NCBI GenBank assembly: GCA_951406725.2
Contig: OX597816.1
Span: 143,158,001 to 143,222,000 of the forward strand
DNA length: 64,000 nucleotides
Direction of reading: 5' to 3'
DNA from: Octopus vulgaris
Taxonomy: Eukaryota
The notes below the pieces were generated by a model, which was not told the DNA's origin, ran no database searches, and worked only from the letters and a program-made list of their open reading frames with translations. Below are positions 13,845-26,943 of the stretch, piece after piece. Both the position numbers and the translations under genes were made by a program. Position 1 is the first letter of the stretch. Each line of letters starts with the position of its first letter.

Positions 13845-15077
13845 CAGGGTGTTCAGGCTAAATTTGTCAATTCTTTATGTCTCCTATATTCAGAAAAGGT
13901 GTTAAAGAGCATAAAGACTAAAGTTGTAGTTGAGAAAAAGTTAGCTGATATGGTAGGCTGGAAGTAATCTGAATATTAGAAAAAAAATTACATGTATCAT
14001 GAAGATTTGTGCTGGATATCAAAATGTCAACATCATAATTGCTACTCAATGCTTTGTGAACACCGTAAAGGCTGTGAGACATGACATGAGCAGCTGCAAT
14101 GGAGACTACAAAGCCTAGCCAACAGGAAGGGACACAGCAGATGTTCTGATTGCATACGCATGCCTGAATTCATTCAACAACTGCAGGACAAGGTCATGAA
14201 AGATCCAAGTAAGGGAATCTACACTTTGGTGAGAGAGATGGGTATTGGAGTTTCCACCATGAAGCTGGCCCTGGATGAGGACCCTCACTACCACTCATAC
14301 AAGAGATGCAAGGGATAAATTCTGACAGCCAAGGAGAACTGATTGATGAAAGCAAAGAAGCTCCTAACTGAGGCATCCTGTTGAGCCTAGGATGATCTGG
14401 TTCTTCTCAGATGAAAATAACTTCTGCCAAGGTCAGTTGCACAACACCCAGAATAACAGGTGACTTACCTACAATTCATGTGATGTCTCACATATCATGA
14501 AAAGCAAGTTCCCCCAAACTGTGATGGTCTTTGCATGTGTCTCCAGTCAGAATGATGTCATGCTGCCTCACATCTTTCAGTAGGGCCTTAGGCTCAATTC
14601 AGACAGTTCTGTGAATCTGCTAGAGACTGTGGTCAAATTCTGGCTGGAGAGGGTTGCTGCTGGAAGGCCATATGTATGGCAGCAGGTTTTGGCTCTTTGC
14701 AAATACCTCCAGAAAGTGTCAGAAGTGTTTGTCAGAGAATTTCCACAACTTTGCCAGCCCCAATTTCTGACCTCCAAATTCCCTTAATTATAATCCCATG
14801 GATTATTATGTACTGGGGCTACAGTTGAGAAATACACCAACTGCTCTGCCCACAATACTGCAATACTAAGGCCATGGAGGTGTTGAAGATCTTCCCAGGG
14901 ATACAGTAAGGAACACATGCACCAGGTTCTGGAGCTGTCTTGAGGCTGTGGTGGAACCTGAGGATTACTACTTTGAGGAAATAGGCATAATCTAGTTGAT
15001 ATTTTTTGACTTTTTTTAATGCTTTTATTTTTTCTTTTCCTTATTTGCAAACTGTCAAATTTAGCTCGAAGACTCTG
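13845..15077 (+). mobile_element. Full-length degenerate Tc1/mariner transposon, maT (DD37D)-like
   Basis: TA|CAGGGTGTTCAGGCTAAATTTG ... CAAATTTAGCTCGAAGACTCTG|TA gives TIRs with a TA duplication; length 1233 bp. Broken transposase motifs are IWFFSDEN (near 14401), VMVFACVS, PYVWQQVLALC (second Asp lost) and NPMDYY. Confidence 0.88.
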
Positions 15078-17067
15078 TATGTTGGCAGAACAAATTGCAG
15101 TGAATGCTAGAACTAAAATATCTGTAATAAAATGAATGTTATGTAACTATTTTAATAATTGAGACACTTTAGGCTTTGGTCATTGTGCAATATGATTAGA
15201 GCAAGTCAGTTTGATGAAGCCATTGTATCTCTAACACATACCTATGCGATGAACTGAGTTCATCTGAGGCACTTGTCAATTAATTGTTTCTATTATTACT
15301 TGCACTTGTAACTGTCCTTTTCATAACACTTATTGCGATTAAATGAATTATCCCACTGAATGTTGGATGTTTTGATTGGAAAGGTATAGTGCAGTATTAT
15401 TGATGATATATAAACTGCTAGCTCATAAGCTACTAGTCCAACATGCAACTCAACTGTGATAGTTTAATAATAAAAAAAATATCTCATTTAATTTTCCCCT
15501 ACTTAAATTGAAGGTTATGAATATTTTTAGAAAGGCTTTTAGTCATTTAGAACAATATAATCAATAGAAATAAAAAAAAAAGCATTACTCTCAACTTGAT
15601 AAAGTACCCTTCCTGACTAATAAATTCAAAAAATTTTATTGATAAATTTCAAAACAACTCACCCCAATTTCAATCTTTTCAACTTCACAGAATAGCATTG
15701 CATTGCCTTTACAAAAATACTGAAGAACAGGCTAAAAATCTATCAACACCATCATCATCATAATTATATTTAAAGCCAGGCACAGATGAAAACAAAAACC
15801 TAACTTTGAAGGAAAATGTCTGATATTTATATAACCTAAGTAGAAAAAAAGAGAATCATTAAATAATAATAATTCTCCCGAAAAGATTTCTTTTATTGCC
15901 ACAATATTTTCTTAAGGTGGAAGGTTTGCCATTTTCTAAATAACCTAATTACCTATTTTCAGCCTTAAATAGAAATTGATACAATTTCTTCATATTTTAT
16001 TCTCATCCTTAGAAGATGGTCTCCGAATTTTCTGTTTTATAGTCAGTGGTGGTGGTGATGGTGGGATACTTTCTTTCTTTTACATTTTTATTTTCTTGTT
16101 TTTTTTTTTGTTTGTAGAATTTCTCCACTCAGTAAGAATTCAGTTATAAATCTCACAACTATGTTTAAGACATCATACATAATAACATATGTTGGTATTT
16201 CTGATTTGATACTGTCAGCCTGAGCTTATATTGTGATGTTAAAGGGGTAAGAAAGAAAGAAAGTAAAAGCAACTTGGCTCCCTTGTAATTTAATCTTCTA
16301 TTGTATCTGGTTGGCATTCAGCTTGATATTTGGCAGAGCCAAGTCAAACCAATGATATTCATTTAACTAGAAAAGTGTTTTGTATTTTTTATCAGTGCTC
16401 TTCTCAAAATAGAATCTAAAGAATATTCTATTTATCAAGAAACTCAAAAGAATTCAAGCTGGTTTTATAGCTATAACACTATATAGTTACAAACTAATAA
16501 AACTGTACATAACACTCTGAATATAACATTTAATCTATACAAAACTCTCAATCAGTAAACAGCAGTCTTGTGTTAGAAAAACAAAGAAAATAGTTGGGGT
16601 TTTTTTGCACTAATCTACTCTAGAATTCTTATCAAATTCCATTCTCTTGATGGAAATCAACAAAATACAAGATGTCTATGTTAATTGAAATAAAGAAAAC
16701 TGAGTCAGACATAACAATTATTTAATTGTAAATCAATTCATATGGGTAGCAGTGTAATATGGTTGTACAAAGAGTTCAAACAGTGGAATTAAAGTTATAC
16801 CATAAGGAAGAAGTTCAGACAGGAACCTTCATCAGAGAGAGATGAAATGTGCATTGGTATTGCAGGATAAACATTATGATTAAGGAAAGTAAGGAATAAT
16901 TTTAGCAATGAAGAATGAAGAGGAGAGAAAGGTAACAAGTGTTTTTATTGGAGGTGCAATGGGCAAAACCAAGAGAATGCTAGCAGATTTGAAAAACACT
17001 GAGAGAAAAAGATAATGAAGGGGATACACCATACAAACATACATATATACATATAATAAAAATAAAT

Positions 17068-17120
<53 letters not shown>

Positions 17121-17123
<3 letters not shown>

Positions 17124-17864
17124 CATATATGGGTACAGGATGTCACCAGCAGTGCAAATAACATGAAATACATAAACAAATGAGGGAAAAACAAGTGAAT
17201 TACATGAACAAGGAGAAAGGAAAGGACAACACAGAGAAAAGACCCTTCATCAGTTGTCGGCTGTCTATCTACTCATTTCAAGCATTCATCAACAATATGA
17301 GTCTTCTCAGACAGTTGCTCCCATAAATTCTAAAATAAAATTCAGGATTTATAGAGGGTCAAAGTTGGGAACAAAAAAAATGACAGTGGAGACATACAAG
17401 GAAACCGCAAGAAAACAAACATGGAGGGTCATTAGACCAGAACAAGAAGAAAATAGTGAACGCTGGGAGAAACATTTTTTTTTGAAAAGAGAAAAGATAG
17501 AAGAGAGAGAGGTAAAACACATCTGTTCCTTTAAACATCTGTGCAGGAAAAGAAAGATGGTCACACGAGGAAAAAAAAGATAGACGATGGTCACGTGTGA
17601 GCAATGAGAGAAAAAGAGAAAGAGATGGAGAGAGAAAGACAGATAGAAAACGGTGATGGAAGGAGGGGAGAAAAAGGGAATTAGAGAAGGATGGGAGAAG
17701 AAAACAGTAGAAAGTAGAGAGTCGCATCAAAAAGGTGAAGATAAACTTACATGGAAATGGACGTGTTGTGTTCAATTAAATAATAATAAATAATATATGA
17801 TATATATATAAATACATACACATGCATATATGGGTACAGGATGTCACCAGCAGTGCAAATAACA
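17121..17864. repeat. About 700-bp unit bounded by identical 43-bp direct repeats
   Basis: atgcatatatgggtacaggatgtcaccagcagtgcaaataaca occurs at 17121-17163 and 17822-17864, each time preceded by a (TA)/(CA) microsatellite. Confidence 0.85.
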
Positions 17865-17869
17865 CAAAA

Positions 17870-18790
17870 TATGTATGCAAAATAACTCCAAACCTAAAGA
17901 AATATTTGTACGTAGTAGCGGCACTAGATAAGGACACAGCAATGAGAGTACTGAACATTTTAACCCAACCCCCAGCAACACACAAATACACCATGTTAAA
18001 AGACAGGCTGGTGGATACAATCTGGCAGATTGACCAGGAGGTGGTACCCAAGATATGGCAGGAAGAATTAGGCAATTCCAAGCCTTTGGAGTTGATGGAC
18101 AAGATGTTGGCATTAGTTGCCCCTGATGAGTCACCTCCTTTTCTGTTTAGGGAACAAACATCTTTTATCAAGTGGTGTTATGGTTAATGCCATAGGGTCA
18201 GCCCCCAAGACATGGTAGAGTTAAGCAAGACAACCTGTGCTTTTACCACATAAAGTCCGGAAAAAAGGCTATGAAGTGCAGACAACCATGTAGCTTCAGG
18301 AAATCTTGGCAATCAGCCCCAGGAAACTCCAGGACCAATCACCATTGAATACTCTGGTGGCTGGAAAACACAATCAACTGCTCCTTTATGTCTGCAATTG
18401 GAGCTCTGAATGTAAGTTCCTAATGGAGACCAGAACAGAAGTCATCATGGTCACCAAACAGGAGCCGCCTCAGGCAAATCACACCAACCCTTGCCAAAGA
18501 ATAGTCACCAAAAAGCCAAGTAATCACTCGCATGGACAGGACAGTTAAAACGTCTTCCTGGTTCCAGTGACAATCAACAGTTTGGTGAGAAGGGAGTTAT
18601 ATGTGGGACACTGCTCAAGGATTTATAACAGACAAACTGTAGACAGGAACTTCACTGCAGGCTAGCTGGTCTGCAGCGAAGTTGACTTCCAGTTAAGTGA
18701 GCTTCTATGAAGCAGGAGTTGATAGGCAGCTATCACCCTCATGTTTTCACTAACACATTCTGGGTCTCTGTTAATTTTTTGTGTATAGCT
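17870..18790 (+). mobile_element. Gypsy LTR retrotransposon remnant (gag, protease start, possible PPT and 3' LTR)
   Basis: Gag-like KYLYVVAALDKDTAMRVLNILTQPPATHKYTMLKDRL and LGNSKPLELMDKMLAL. Knuckle LCFYHIKSGKKAMKCRQPCSF near 18235-18297. Decayed protease FLMETRTEV (DTGAE-like). Purine tract gagaagggag before TGT at about 18603. Confidence 0.8.
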
Positions 18791-18801
18791 TAACTAAAGC
18801 T

Positions 18802-18963
18802 ACATCATCATCATTAAATGTCCGTTGTCCATGCTAGCATGGTTTGGATGGTTTGAGAGGGCTGGCAAGTTGAGAGGCTGCACCAGACTCCAATCTGATT
18901 TGGCATAGTTTCTACAATTGGATGCTCTTCCTAATGCCAACCACACTCTGAGAGAGTAGTTGG

Positions 18964-19052
<89 letters not shown>
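18802..19052 (-). repeat. RTE 3'UTR fragment followed by a (TA)n/(CA)n microsatellite
   Basis: catcatcatcattaaatgtccgttgtccatgctagcatgg..., then about 70 bp of pure TA repeat from 18967 to 19036. Confidence 0.9.
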
Positions 19053-19249
19053 TGTAAAGGTAGTGTACTGTCAGGATCATTAACACACCAAGGCAAAATG
19101 CTTGTGGGTGATATTGTGGCCCAGGTCTTAAATATCAAAGTTACTACATCAATGACCATACTGGTGCTACTGCATTATCTTGGGAGCAACTCATTGCCCT
19201 CATTTGTTATATCACACTTTACACTCATCTTTGGAATTTATTCCTACCA

Positions 19250-19870
19250 TCAAGTCATTGGCATAAAAGAAATCACAAATAAAGAATTGAAAGACTTCCA
19301 CCCTGGTACCAAAATGCTACAAATTGAAGAGACAACCAGAATTTAATTATTCCATTATTTACTCATGTGAGACATAGGGCTTGTACAAACATCGTTAAGC
19401 ATCCTTGAATGCTATCAGCGATGTTTAAAACATTCTGACTACAAATACAGAGATTTTGAGGGGATCCAAAGTCTTGGGTATTAAGACAATGGTGCACAAG
19501 CACTGTTTACTTCAGACTGGACAACTTATTAGAGGATCTCAAAAGTAGACATTGTATGGTGAACAGTAGACATTGTATGTAAAAATTACAACATAAAGCA
19601 AAGTTGCAATTTAAGAACTGTAATAGTTTCTTTGAAAACATTTGAAATAAGTGAGGCCAGCTGTGAAAGAAATGCTTTCAATCATCACTTAAGGAAAAGG
19701 GTGATAAAGGATATTTTTGAAAAAGCACGCATATCTCATGCAGAATCCAAGTAAGTTACATAAAAGCATGTAATGTGTGAAATTGATGGTGTAAGTGTGG
19801 TTAACAATATTTGTGGTTCCAAGCATTTTCCCAAGGCCAGACTTACTAGACACAACAAAGTCATCAGATG
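19250..19870 (+). pseudogene. Decayed RTE/BovB-like LINE 3' ORF fragment
   Basis: Remnants resembling CETWxLY...LExYHQRCL near 19365-19430, with many stops and frameshifts. Confidence 0.4.
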
Positions 19871-22180
19871 AGGCAAAAAGTTGGCTGTATGATAACCTGC
19901 ATGATATCTACTTTATATATATATCTACTACATGATCACAACAAAACATTGCACAACATGCAATACATATGGAAAGGTTTGCATATTTATTGAGGGCTTA
20001 AAAAGACACAGTGTTATACACTGGAATATACTTAAGCATGTATATGTTGCAGCTTTGTTTGCAAGGTCTGTGAAAAGATATGTAAGAGTTAAGCAAGTTT
20101 AAAGAGTCTCTTGAAAGAATGACTATTTTGATAGTTGTTGTTGGTTCTTCCTCAGGCACAAGTAGAAAGTCATCATATATATATATACACATACATGAAA
20201 ATGACCAGGGAAAAATATGTGATTGTGTAATTGTGTTTATGTTATTTAAGTATGTATGAATGTGCACATTTATATATGTGCAAGTGTTTGTATGTATGTG
20301 TCAATATGTACATGCATACATGCATATGTGTGTGTGTGTGTGTGTGTGTGCGCGCACGCGTGTAAGTATTAGTATGATATTAGTGTGACCCTGTCATAAT
20401 TTCAAACCTGCTGGTGTTTCTTTTATTTTTCTTGACTGTTAACACAAACCCTACCATATTCAACCACCTCATGTTATCTCTCTTATCCCCCTCCCTTATT
20501 CTTCACTACTATTATAATAATTTTTCTTCACTCTCATGATTCACAATCTTTTTTCCTGCAACACCAGTAAACATTTCATGTCTTCCCAAGGAAAAAGTTA
20601 AACTTTTCTTTACTCTTTGACCTTTTTGTATTATTCTTTACTCATGCAGACCATCACTAGTCCTTCACTCCACTCTCATTCTACTGTTTTACAATTTAAG
20701 GTTTGTAAGTTCTTGGTGAGCTAAATTTGTTGATAAAGCAAACATGAACATCTACAATTTCCATATTTCCTTTTCCTTCCCCTGATGAAACTCAGCAAAT
20801 CTAAATCCACTGATGCATGCCCCTTATTACAAAACATACAGAAAATAATATATTTTAGATTTAACTCAATATATCTCATTTTTAAGCTATCCATTCATAT
20901 ATCAACATTCAAATGACATACTATTGTGATGGATGGATGAAAGGATATCTGTATGTATGTATGTGGGAGTTTCCTTCTAGTTTTAATTATTTGAAATCTT
21001 CCTGTAAAGAAGGAGTTGGTTTCTAACAAAGATACAAATCTCTCTGAATGGAAGGTAGATAACAAAAACAAATTCACATTTTAAACTTGAGAAAAGTTTT
21101 GCATATTTTTATTGTTCCACTTACACATAGTATTTGTAATATACAAACTGACTGGTTGATTTCTTTTTCTGAAAACCCTAGCTTATCCAGATTGTCACTT
21201 AGGCATTTTATTCACAAAACCAAGTGCACCAATTATTATTGGCATTAATGTGAATTTATAATCTGGGTATAGAAGGTTTTGAAGCAATTGTTCATAGTTA
21301 TCCACTTTCTCTCAATTTTCAAAGAGATATTCACAGCAGCAAGATACCTGACCCAATGACAGTACATATTTTTCTTGTCTGCAAGGCAAAACTTTGTTGT
21401 TGTGTCTTTTGTCATAATTTTTTCACATTATGATCACCAGTAACATGTTCAGCTAAGTATTACCTATCATGTTTTATGTCAGAATTCTTATTATTTCTGC
21501 TGTTCCATAGACACAAAAAGAACATATGTATTTTATAACTCAATTGTAAACAATTTTAAGGTTGCCACAATTATTCCTTGTATTTGATGAGACTTTGCAT
21601 TAGTTCTGTGAATTTAAAACTCTTATTACAGCCCTGTGCTATGTGGTACAGGTATTGAAGATGTCTCATGAACATTGTGCAGGAAGACAACTTTAAGACT
21701 CACTTAAATGGAGTGAATGAAACGACTCCACTCTTCAGGATCATAGTTGCAGCCAATCTCTTGCAGACCAGTGGCTGATATTACTATAGAAAGAAATGTT
21801 TCTTATCTGGAGGTAAAATAATGACTACTTCATATGACAATAGTCAAAAAACAAAAGTATAGAGTTTGGTTGAATAAGATTCCATTCTTGAAGAGTGGAA
21901 CCAAACAACTTTGGCATTTTTTTTCTTTTTTGTTTGTTCCAAACTGTAAGCCAAGTCATCTAGATCTGCTTCACATAATTTCTGTGGGAAACTAAACTAC
22001 ATCCGGAACAATATGAACTATCCTTCTGTTTTCATGTCACCATCTGAATTACAAAGGAACTATTGGCTGTGATCATTCTTGGTGGAGCTGGCAGTGGATT
22101 TCTTCATTGTGTGGTACTGGTTTTAAGACTGATTTACAATTTAAGTTGATCTGTAATATATTTTACTTTGTAAAATCAGT

Positions 22181-23355
22181 TATCATCATCATCGTCCTCA
22201 TCGTTTAATGTCTGCCTTCCATGCTGGTCTGGGTTGGACAGTTTGACTGAAAACTGGTAAGCCAGGGGCTGCAGCAGGTTCCACTCTGATTTGGCAAGGT
22301 TTCTACAGCCGAATGACCTTCCTAATGCCAACCACTCCAAGAGTGTAGTGGGTGATTTTTACATGCCACCGGCATGGGTGCCATTGACCTGACACCAGCA
22401 TCAGCCATAACTATGGTCTCCCTTGGCTTGATAGGTCAACACAAGCACAGTATATCGCCAAGGGTCTTGGTCACCTGTTACTGCCTCCATCAAGCCCAAT
22501 GCTTGAATGGTGCTTGTTATGTGCCACTGGCATTGACCATGACTATGATTTCACTCAGTTCGACAGGTTTTCGCAAGCACAGCATATCACCCAATGATTG
22601 AAGGGTGCTTTTAACAGGCAAGTTAAATGACACTGGTATTGACCACAATTACAATCTCACTTGACTTGACAAGTCTTCTCAAGCATGACATATCTCCAAA
22701 GGTCTTGGTCACTTGTCATTGCTTCTGTGAGGCCCAGCATTCTAAGACTGAGCTTCACCACCTCATCCCATGTCTTCCTGTGTCTATTTCTGACACATGT
22801 TCCCTCCACCATTAGAGTGCAACACTTCACACACCTGTCCTCATCCATATACATCACATGAGCATGCCAACACAGTTGTCTCTCTTGCATACCACATCTG
22901 ATGCTTCTTATGTCCAACTTTTCCTTCAGGATGCTTACACTCTGTTGTGCATGCATACTGACATTATATATCCAGTGGAGCATACTAGCTTCATTTCTTA
23001 CAAGCCTATACATGTCCTCAGCAGTCACAGCCCATGTTTCATTGCCATGTAGCCTGGCTGTTCACACACAGTCATCATACAGTCTGCCATTTCACTCTGA
23101 ACGAGAGGCCCTTTGTTACCAACAGAGGTAGGAGTTCTCTGAACTTTCCCCAGCTTATTCATATTCTAGCAGCTATGCTATTAACTTGGTTACCTAGGGA
23201 ATGGAAGCAATCAACTACTTCTAGTTTCCCCACTGGCATGTGAGGGAATCTATTTTCTGTATGTTTTTGGTATTTATTGTACCTGTGTAGCCTCCATACA
23301 CAAGTCATCTTCCCTGTTAACTTTCCTCTGATATTGCTGCACCTCTTATGTATCT
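22181..23355 (-). mobile_element. 5'-truncated RTE LINE
   Basis: ORF 22657-23028 (TAEDM..L.RNEASML.W...QERQL.W..HV..MDEDRCVK...KTWDEVVK) is homologous to 37552-38379. The 3'UTR and (CAT)n tail are present. Confidence 0.9.
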
Positions 23356-23539
23356 ATGTTATATAAAAATAACAGTCATCATAGTGATTTGTGTGTTCAC
23401 ACCAAATCATGGGGACTGCAAATGACATGCCTTTTCTTCTACTACTCATTCAGTAATTATCAGTGCACTGTATAATACACAGCAAATGTGTTAATGGTGC
23501 ACTGCATTATACACAGCAAATATCTCATATGCAGCTCCT

Positions 23540-23923
23540 CTCTTGCAATGAAAATAGTACTTGTCAGTAAGTTTAATTCCCAATGATCTCATTAGGATTC
23601 TTTGGTATTGCATGAGTGTATATTGTCCACAAATATTGCAGAAGTTGTCTGGGTGATTTACATGAGAGAATGTATTTGATGACATCCTGAATTACCACAC
23701 AAGATCTGAGAAAGTAATTAAGATATGTCATGTGATATGCACATGATACATAAAAAGAAGCAAAACTATGAATAGATTTTAATGCTGAATAAATAACTAA
23801 AAGTTGATTTCACAAAATGTGGATATGGTAGAAGAATTCTAAATACAGATTTGAAATCAGCATACCAAAATTACTTGGAAACACTTATTTGTTTCCTTTT
23901 AACAAAATCTTAGTTGTCTAATG
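23540..23923 (-). mobile_element. 5' fragment of a DNA transposon, probably CMC-Chapaev3-like
   Basis: The N-terminus MSSNTFSHVNHPDNFCNICGQYTLMQYQR...KYYF fits a CxNxPDxFCYICG transposase start. A subterminal cagatttgaaatcagcataccaaaa motif is present. The superfamily assignment is from memory and unverified. Confidence 0.55.
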
Positions 23924-23942
23924 AAATAAAATAGAATAATTC

Positions 23943-24156
23943 TTTCTAATCTTGGCACAGGGCCAGCAATTTCAGAGGAAAGGGGCATGTCAATTACATC
24001 CGCCCCAGTATTTGACTGGCACTTTATTTTATCACACCTGGAGGGATGAAAGGAAAAGTTAACTTTAGTGGGACCCGAACTCAGAACATAATGAGTCAAA
24101 AGAAATATCACTAAGCATTTCATCTGAAGCACTAATGATTCTACCAGCACACTACT
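23943..24156 (-). mobile_element. SINE, family A
   Basis: ggcacagggccagcaatttc...gggatgaaaggaaaagtt...gaactcagaac...ctaagcattt is homologous to 4380-4594. Confidence 0.8.
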
Positions 24157-26710
24157 TTATGTAATAAAACAATAATATGAGAACTTTTAAGCATTAAATT
24201 TTTTGCTTATCAGTAGCAGTTATGTAATAAAATTATATAATGGAACCTTTAATCTATAGAAAACCCAATGAAAAACCTGCTTAGAAAACACTTTCAATAA
24301 AGAGAGTACTTTTATTACTTGTACTGATATCTTTCATGCTGTTTTTTATTCACCATTTTTATAATGTTAGAAGCTACAGTTTTCAAGAACATTTGTTTGA
24401 AATTTAACTTTCACTACAAGGAAGGAGTATATGGTAAAGTAAGCCTTCAATATTGTATAAATTGGTAAAATATAAATCCAGTTACTGTCAATACACACAC
24501 ACACACACACACACACACTATAAACTGAAGCAGAAGTAAATCTCAAATCAAATAATTTCTTACATTGACACAAGACGACACATTTGGGGTAGAAGGAATA
24601 TAATCCAATCCAGCATATAACTAGAGGAATGAAAGTAAAGATAACACCAATGCTATTTAAATTTGGAATTCTTAATATTAAAATTAAATATTGTAATAGA
24701 GTTGTTGGTGTATCAGATAGAATACTTTGTAACATTCACTCTGGCTCTCCACACTCTGAGTTTATATCCTGCTAAATTCAACTTTGCCTTTCATCTTTTT
24801 GAGATCAATAACGAAGTACCAGTCAAGTACTGGGGTTTATTCTCCTTCTCTCTCTCTCTGGAAGAAATTGACTGTTTACAAACTTGGAGATGAAAGTTCT
24901 CCTACACTGAACAAAGTCAAGGAAGAAGGCCTGTTTAGTTTGCTGCTCTATTTCTACCACTCCACCTACTTTCCTCAAATTAAATATTAACATTAGTCAA
25001 AAAGAAAAAAAGTAAACATAAAAGAGTTGGCTCTTCAAAAGCAAAGATTTGAGAAAATAAGGCTGGAATTAAACATGTACACCTTATTGTTACACCTCAT
25101 GTCATTTTTCTGTCTTTTTCTTACATTGGTTTCAGTTGTTGGGTTGTGACTTTGCTGAGGTACTGCTTTCTAGGGTAAAGTTTATTATATCAACCCCAAT
25201 ACTTATCATATAAGACCTAGGAAGGATTCAAGTGGATATGGGTGGAATTTGAACTAAAAATAAAAAGGATGTAAACTTGAGCCAGTGCAAGAGTCCCTAT
25301 ATGCTTGCTCAACTTGTTAGAAATAACAGCCTAACTTCCTTCAAACCTCACTATCTTAAAAAAAAGGAAGGACATATTACATGATGTAGCCCAATATATA
25401 CAATACCTAAAAAAACTTAAAGGTCACAATTGCTATACCTTTGATCAAAGGTCTACTCAATTAGAAGACAAACTAATGATTTGTTAACAGATTTGTGAAT
25501 AGAATTAACTGGATCAAATACTGTAACTTCAATCCTCTACAAAAATTAACAGCAAATACAGTCAATATGGAGAAGAACATGGATCAATCAAGTAAAGTTA
25601 TTTTCTCCCAATTTATTTTTGTGGGGTGGGGGTTAGATTTGTAAGGAACATGAAGTATGTTTCATATTTATTTGGAAATATCATGAGCTATCACTGAAGT
25701 ATGCTGATCAAGTAAGATTTTTGCTAGGATTCTATCAGGTTTGTATATCTTAATAAGAAAGAATGAAATAGATCAGAATATATGTTATAAATAGAAAACT
25801 TATGAGGGGGAAGTTTTTCTTTTCTTTTTCTTTTTTCATTAGTACTCAATTACTTTTAGTTTATTGTACCATCCAAAGATAGGATAAAAGACAAAATGAA
25901 GTGAGAATATGTTCCTTAGAGAAGATAGTTTCCAGATTGTTTGGAAGAAGCAGAAAGTTTGTTGGTTGGATATTGTTGAGGAGTGAAGGAAAGAGATAGA
26001 AGGGGTCAATAAATTGTATCAAAATTCATTTTGCCAAGAACTAGAATACAGTTGTGGTGGAATAAGAAAAACTTTGTTGACTGGTTTTGGGGGTATAAAA
26101 TCAGTCATTGTAAAGTTAATAATTTGTTACAGCTGGAAATTTTATATGGAGAGAAAGAAGGGTAGGTATATGCTATATGGATGTAAATATGTACAACCTT
26201 TTATTTTTTAATGGTAACTTCAAAGAAAGATGCTGTAGATAAGCTGTTGCAAATATGATATGGTATTTATGAATATATGCCTTCATATTCATACATGAAT
26301 AATTATTATTCTACCCTGAAAATGTCTATCAGAATATCATATGAGCATACAATTCAATATAGATATAAACATTTGAAATTATGGATTAATATGGAATCTT
26401 TTCATTCATAGAAACATTATTGTGAACAGAAGTAAATACCAAAATGTATAAATTGGAATCAAGTTGGTATAAATAAGAAAACATTGGCTGAACCTGTTAC
26501 AAATTAGTAAAACATCAAATCATAGAAATTAATTAATTCAGATAATAATTAAATCACTATTAATTAACTTGAAATCATCATTACACATTGTATTTAAATG
26601 TTCTTTCACCCAATCTTTAAATAATATCAAAAAGCTTGTTTAAGATTGCTTGTAAATCTTGATAAAAAAAAAACGAAAATACAAACAAAAACATACAAAG
26701 TTGTACTTAC

Positions 26711-26843
26711 CCCTGGATGCCACAGTATTGGATTCCAGATTCTCTGCATCTGTTGAGACACCATTCTAGTGTCATTGCACTGAAATACTTTATGACCAAA
26801 TAAGTATTATCTTTATTCTTGCGAAAACAACCTAAATAAGTTG
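26711..26843 (-). CDS. WSC-domain protein exon: N-terminal half of WSC domain 2
   Basis: tttcAG|CA ACT TAT TTA GGT TGT TTT...ATC CAG GG|GTAAGT; 133 bp, phase 1 to 2. Translates as TYLGCFRKNKDNTYLVIKYFSAMTLEWCLNRCRESGIQYCGIQ(G). Paralogous to the 59836-59974 exon. Not in the ORF track. Confidence 0.9.
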
Positions 26844-26909
26844 CTGAAAGAAATGTCAGAGTCATTTTAATGGTAATTTATTTATCTTTTATGTGTATGT
26901 ATTTATGTA

Positions 26910-26943
<34 letters not shown>

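Noticed and set aside
18800-19346. ORFs with YIYIYI or CVCVCV runs (also 16880-17194, 24367-24735 and 58072-58333)
   Set aside because: They are translations of microsatellites.
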